Assembly (NCBI GenBank): GCA_963748015.1
Contig: CAVVHE010000004.1
Coordinates: forward strand, 448,001-512,000
Origin: Terriglobia bacterium
GTDB taxonomy: Bacteria; Acidobacteriota; Polarisedimenticolia; Polarisedimenticolales; JAIQFR01
Direction: 5' to 3'
Length of the DNA stretch: 64,000 nucleotides
The notes beneath the pieces were generated by a model. It had not been told where the DNA came from. It made no database searches and was given only the letters and a program-made list of their open reading frames with translations. This document shows, piece after piece, positions 60,321 through 64,000 of the stretch (within the stretch, counting starts at the first letter, position 1; every line of letters begins with the position of its first letter). Made by a program: the position numbers and the translations under genes.

Positions 60321-60950
60321 ATGTCCCAGATCACCGTACGCAACTGGAAGAACGAGGCGGTGAGGACGCTCGAGCTCGACGACGCGGTCTTCGCGTATCC
60401 GCTCAAGGAGCACCTCATCTACGAGGCGGTCTGCGCCTACCGGGCGGCCGCCCGGGCGGGGACCCACAAGACCAAGAACCGGAAGGAAGTCTCCGGCGGC
60501 ACCAAGAAGCTGTGGCGCCAGAAGCACACGGGCCGCGCGAGGATGGGCGACAACCGGTCCCCGCTGTGGAGGCACGGCGGAACGGTGCAGGGACCGGTCC
60601 CGCGCGACTACACGTGGGACTTCCCGAAGAAGATGCGCCGCAACGCCGTGAAGTCGCTGCTGGCCCAGAAGCTGCGCGACGGACACCTGCTGTGCGTCGA
60701 GGGGTTCGAGGTCCCGTCCCACAAGACGGCGGAGCTCGAGAAGGCGGTCGCCGGCGGGCTCGGCGTGAGCGGGAAGGCGCTCCTGATCCCCTCCGACGCG
60801 GAGAGGAACCTGGACCTCGCGGCGCGGAACAACCCGCGTCTCAGGGTGGTCCGGGCGCTGGGAGTGAGCGTCGTGGACCTCTTGGATCATGACACGGTCA
60901 TCGTCTCCGAGCCTGCGTTGATGCGGCTCGCCGAGGTGCTGGCGCGATGA
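60321..60950 (+). CDS. rplD: 50S ribosomal protein L4
   Basis: WRQKHTGRAR and SPLWRHGG motifs. Confidence 0.96.
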   Translation: MSQITVRNWKNEAVRTLELDDAVFAYPLKEHLIYEAVCAYRAAARAGTHKTKNRKEVSGGTKKLWRQKHTGRARMGDNRSPLWRHGGTVQGPVPRDYTWDFPKKMRRNAVKSLLAQKLRDGHLLCVEGFEVPSHKTAELEKAVAGGLGVSGKALLIPSDAERNLDLAARNNPRLRVVRALGVSVVDLLDHDTVIVSEPALMRLAEVLAR

Positions 60951-61240
60951 AAACGGCGCATCAGAAGATCAAGCAGCCCCTGATCACGGAGAAGTCCACC
61001 CTGCTCCGCGACGCGAACGGCGTGTACTGCTTCAAGGCCGACGTCCGCGCGAACAAGATCGAGATCGGCCGCGCGATCGAGAAGCTGTTCGGCGTCAAGG
61101 TGGTCGAGGTGAGGACGGCGAGGGTCAAGGGGAAGGTCCGGCGCATGGGCCGCCTTCTCAGCAAGGCGCCCGACTGGAAGAAGGCGTGGGTCCGGCTGGC
61201 GCCGGGCGAGAAGGCTATCGAGTTCTTCGAGGCCACCTAG
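60947..61240 (+). CDS. rplW: 50S ribosomal protein L23
   Basis: PLITEKS, ANKIEI and WKKA motifs. Confidence 0.96.
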   Translation: MKTAHQKIKQPLITEKSTLLRDANGVYCFKADVRANKIEIGRAIEKLFGVKVVEVRTARVKGKVRRMGRLLSKAPDWKKAWVRLAPGEKAIEFFEAT

Positions 61241-61261
61241 GCCGGGAGCCGGAGAGTTCAC

Positions 61262-62083
61262 ATGGCGATGAAAACCTACAAGCCGACCACCGCCGGAAAG
61301 CGATTCGCGACGGTCGTGGCTCGCGAGACGACGGTCAACGCGCCCCACAAGCCTCTTCTCGAGAAGAAGGACCGGACCGGGGGCAGGGACAACCGTGGCC
61401 TGCTCTCGGTGCGCCACCGTGGGGGCGGGCACAAGCGCCGCTACCGGATCATCGATTTTCGCCGGGACAAGATCGGCATCCCCGCGACGGTCGAGACGAT
61501 CGAGTACGATCCGAATCGCTCGGCGAACATCGCGCTCCTGTGCTATGCCGACGGCGACCGGCGGTACATCCTGGCCCCGGAGGGGCTGGCCGTCGGCGCG
61601 AAGATCGTGTCGTCGCCGGAAGCGGACATCGTCGCGGGCAACGCGCTGCCGCTGTCGGCCATCCCGCTCGGCACGGCGATCCACAACATCGAGCTGCGCC
61701 CGAAGAAGGGGGGGCAGCTGGTGCGGTCGGCGGGGACGGGCGCGCAGCTGATGGCGAGAGAGGGAGAGCACGCGCTCGTGAGGCTGCCCTCCGGCGAGAC
61801 GCGGAAGATCCGCGTCGAGTGCTACGCGACCGTCGGGCAGGTGGGGAACATCGAGCACGAGAACGAGAGCGTCGGGAAGGCCGGGCGGAACCGCTGGCGG
61901 GGATGGCGGCCGACCGTTCGCGGAGTGGCGATGAACCCGGTGGACCACCCGCACGGCGGCGGCGAGGGAAAGACCTCGGGCGGGCGGCCGTCGGTGACGC
62001 CGTGGGGCGTGCCGACGAAGGGGAAGAAGACCCGGAACAATCCGCGCACGGACGCCTTCATCGTCCGGCGCCGCAGCAAGTAG
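61262..62083 (+). CDS. rplB: 50S ribosomal protein L2
   Basis: IEYDPNRSA and [13 protein letters not shown] motifs. Confidence 0.97.
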   Translation: MAMKTYKPTTAGKRFATVVARETTVNAPHKPLLEKKDRTGGRDNRGLLSVRHRGGGHKRRYRIIDFRRDKIGIPATVETIEYDPNRSANIALLCYADGDRRYILAPEGLAVGAKIVSSPEADIVAGNALPLSAIPLGTAIHNIELRPKKGGQLVRSAGTGAQLMAREGEHALVRLPSGETRKIRVECYATVGQVGNIEHENESVGKAGRNRWRGWRPTVRGVAMNPVDHPHGGGEGKTSGGRPSVTPWGVPTKGKKTRNNPRTDAFIVRRRSK

Positions 62084-62098
62084 GGCGAGGGCGCAGCC

Positions 62099-62404
62099 AT
62101 GGCGCGATCGATTGCAAAGGGGCCGTTCGTGGACGTTCACCTCAAGAAGAAGGTGGACGACCTCAACAAGCGGAACGAGAAGAAGGCCATCAAGACGTGG
62201 TCCCGGCGCTCCACCGTCGTGCCCGACATGGTCGGCCACACGATCATGGTGCACAACGGGAAGAAGTTCATTCCGGTGTACATCACCGAGAACATGGTCG
62301 GGCACAAGCTCGGGGAGTTCTCTCCCACCCGGACGTTCAAGGGTCACGGCACGAAGGGCGACAAGACCGCGTCGGTCGCAGCCGCCCCGGCTCCGCCGAA
62401 GTGA
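62099..62404 (+). CDS. rpsS: 30S ribosomal protein S19
   Basis: KTWSRRS and GHKLGEF motifs. Confidence 0.97.
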   Translation: MARSIAKGPFVDVHLKKKVDDLNKRNEKKAIKTWSRRSTVVPDMVGHTIMVHNGKKFIPVYITENMVGHKLGEFSPTRTFKGHGTKGDKTASVAAAPAPPK

Positions 62405-62420
62405 CGCGGGGAGGCAGACG

Positions 62421-62795
62421 GTGATCGCACGAGCGAAGCTGAAGTACCTGGGCGTCTCGGCGCAGAAGACCAGGCTCGTGGTCGACCAGGTGCGCGGTAA
62501 AAACGTCGGGGACGCGCTGGCGGTCCTCCACTACTCTCCCAAGCTGGTCGCGAGGGACCTCGAGAAGGTGGTCCGGTCGGCGCTGGCGAACGCCCAGCAG
62601 AAGGACCCCAAGATCGACGTGGACCGACTCGTGATCTCGAAGGCGACCGTCGACGAGGGACCGCCCAACAAGCGGATGCGCGCGCGGAGCATGGGGCGGA
62701 TCTACCGGATTCTCAAGAAAACGTGTCACGTGACCATCGACCTGGCGGCCGCCGACGAGCCGGGTCGCCGACCGCACGCCGCGGCGCGGAGGTAG
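62421..62795 (+). CDS. rplV: 50S ribosomal protein L22
   Basis: [20 protein letters not shown] and VDEGP; GTG start after GGAGG. Confidence 0.95.
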   Translation: MIARAKLKYLGVSAQKTRLVVDQVRGKNVGDALAVLHYSPKLVARDLEKVVRSALANAQQKDPKIDVDRLVISKATVDEGPPNKRMRARSMGRIYRILKKTCHVTIDLAAADEPGRRPHAAARR

Positions 62796-62799
62796 GATC

Positions 62800-63453
62800 G
62801 TGGGTCAGAAGGTCCACCCGTACGGCTTCCGGCTAGGGTTCAACAAGACTTGGCGCTCCCGCTGGTACGCGGAGAAGAAGTACGCCGAGCTCCTTCACGA
62901 GGACCTGGTGCTCCGGGCCGACCTCAAGAAGCGGCTGGGGCACGCCGGCGTGTCGGCCATCGAGATCGAGCGGGCCGCCAACAAGCTGAAGGTGAACATC
63001 CTCACCTCCCGCCCGGGGATCATCATCGGACGGAAGGGAGCCGAGGTCGACCGGCTGAAGGACGAGATCCGCAAGCGGACCAAGCGCGACGTCTTCATCA
63101 ACATCCTCGAGATCGACAAGCCGGAGATCGACGCGCAGCTCGTGGGCGAGGCGATCGCCATGCAGCTCGAGAAGCGAGTCGCGTTCCGCCGCGCGATGCG
63201 GAAGTCGGTCGAGTCGGCCATCCGGTTCGGCGCGAAGGGGATCAAGGTCAGGGTCGGCGGCCGCCTCGCGGGAGCCGAGATCGCACGCGCGGAGTGGTAC
63301 CTTGAAGGACGTCTGCCCCTGCACACGCTGCGGGCCGAGGTGGACTTCGGCTTCGCGGAGGCGAGAACCACTTACGGGATCATCGGGATCAAGGTCTGGA
63401 TCTTCCGGGGCGAGTCCCGCGAGATCCGCGTCCCCGAGGACGCGCGCCGCTAA
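62800..63453 (+). CDS. rpsC: 30S ribosomal protein S3
   Basis: [12 protein letters not shown] and PLHTLRA motifs. Confidence 0.97.
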   Translation: MGQKVHPYGFRLGFNKTWRSRWYAEKKYAELLHEDLVLRADLKKRLGHAGVSAIEIERAANKLKVNILTSRPGIIIGRKGAEVDRLKDEIRKRTKRDVFINILEIDKPEIDAQLVGEAIAMQLEKRVAFRRAMRKSVESAIRFGAKGIKVRVGGRLAGAEIARAEWYLEGRLPLHTLRAEVDFGFAEARTTYGIIGIKVWIFRGESREIRVPEDARR

Positions 63454-63486
63454 TCCGGCTCGGACACTGCGGGAAGGGTCGAACTC

Positions 63487-63897
63487 ATGTTGATGCCCAG
63501 CAAGGTCAAGTTCAGGAAGCAGCAGCGGGGCCGCCGTTGCGGCAAGGCCCTGACGGGCTCCACGGTCAGCTTCGGCGATTTTGGCCTCAAGGCGCTCGAG
63601 GCGGGGTGGATCACGGCCCGCCAAATCGAGGCCAGCCGGGTCGCGATGACCCGTTTCGTCAAGCGCGGCGGCAAGGTCTGGGTCCGGGTGTTCCCGGACA
63701 AGCCGATCACCAAGAAGCCCGCCGAGACCCGCATGGGGAAGGGCAAGGGCGCCCCCGAAGCGTGGGTCGCGGTGGTGAAGCCCGGGAAGGTCCTGTTCGA
63801 GATGGAAGGGCTCGAGGAGAAGGTGGCCCGCGAGGCGATGCAGCTCGCGGGGCACAAGCTGCCGATCCGGACGAAGTTCGTCGTTCGGCAGGCCTAA
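63487..63897 (+). CDS. rplP: 50S ribosomal protein L16
   Basis: RMGKGKG and HKLP motifs. Confidence 0.97.
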   Translation: MLMPSKVKFRKQQRGRRCGKALTGSTVSFGDFGLKALEAGWITARQIEASRVAMTRFVKRGGKVWVRVFPDKPITKKPAETRMGKGKGAPEAWVAVVKPGKVLFEMEGLEEKVAREAMQLAGHKLPIRTKFVVRQA

Positions 63898-63916
63898 GCG
63901 GAAGGGAGCAGGGAGC

Positions 63917-64000
63917 ATGGCTCTTCAGGCATCGAAGCTCAGGAACATGGGCGCTCACGAGTTGGACAACGAGGAGGGGGAGATCCGCGACGCGATCTGG
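63917..64000 (+). CDS. rpmC: 50S ribosomal protein L29 (3'-truncated)
   Basis: MALQASKLRNMGAHEL..., directly after rplP. Confidence 0.8.
   Translation, partial: MALQASKLRNMGAHELDNEEGEIRDAIW

Overview
High-GC bacterial chromosomal window. It is probably Acidobacteriota, inferred from a Cys-rich insertion near the RpoB N-terminus and the EF-Tu '[12 protein letters not shown]' segment. (1) 1-31.2 kb is a type IV pilus-like locus. It holds the 3' end of a PilR-like sigma54 activator, a sigma54 promoter, two tandem Cys-free pilins with GspG-like C-termini and two O-antigen-ligase/TPR proteins. A ~16.6-kb glycan-synthesis block follows (8 glycosyltransferases, Wzx flippase, WecA/MraY-type initiator, two methyltransferases, FAD oxidoreductase, AsnB amidotransferase). 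After it come a PilH/PilI-like ABC pair, a TPR protein, pilD, a second sigma54-promoted pilV/W/X-like operon and an orphan NtrC-type regulator. (2) 31.2-34.5 kb has a sigma70 promoter, a long structured leader, a probable arginine-synthetase-type P-loop protein plus argF, a perfect 34-bp inverted repeat and ubiE/menG. (3) 34.7-64 kb is core translation/transcription machinery: rplM-rpsI-rpsB-tsf-pyrH-frr-ispDF-rlmB, four tRNAs, tuf, rpmG-secE-nusG-rplKAJL-rpoBC, rpsL-rpsG-fusA-tuf and the start of the S10 operon. A burst of frameshifts at 52.9-55.5 kb in rpoC/rpsG is most likely sequencing error. The best candidates for an undescribed system are the two-pilin/two-ligase glycosylation island and the putative switch-like leader upstream of the ArcE-like/argF operon. 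All family calls come from motif recognition by eye; no searches were run.
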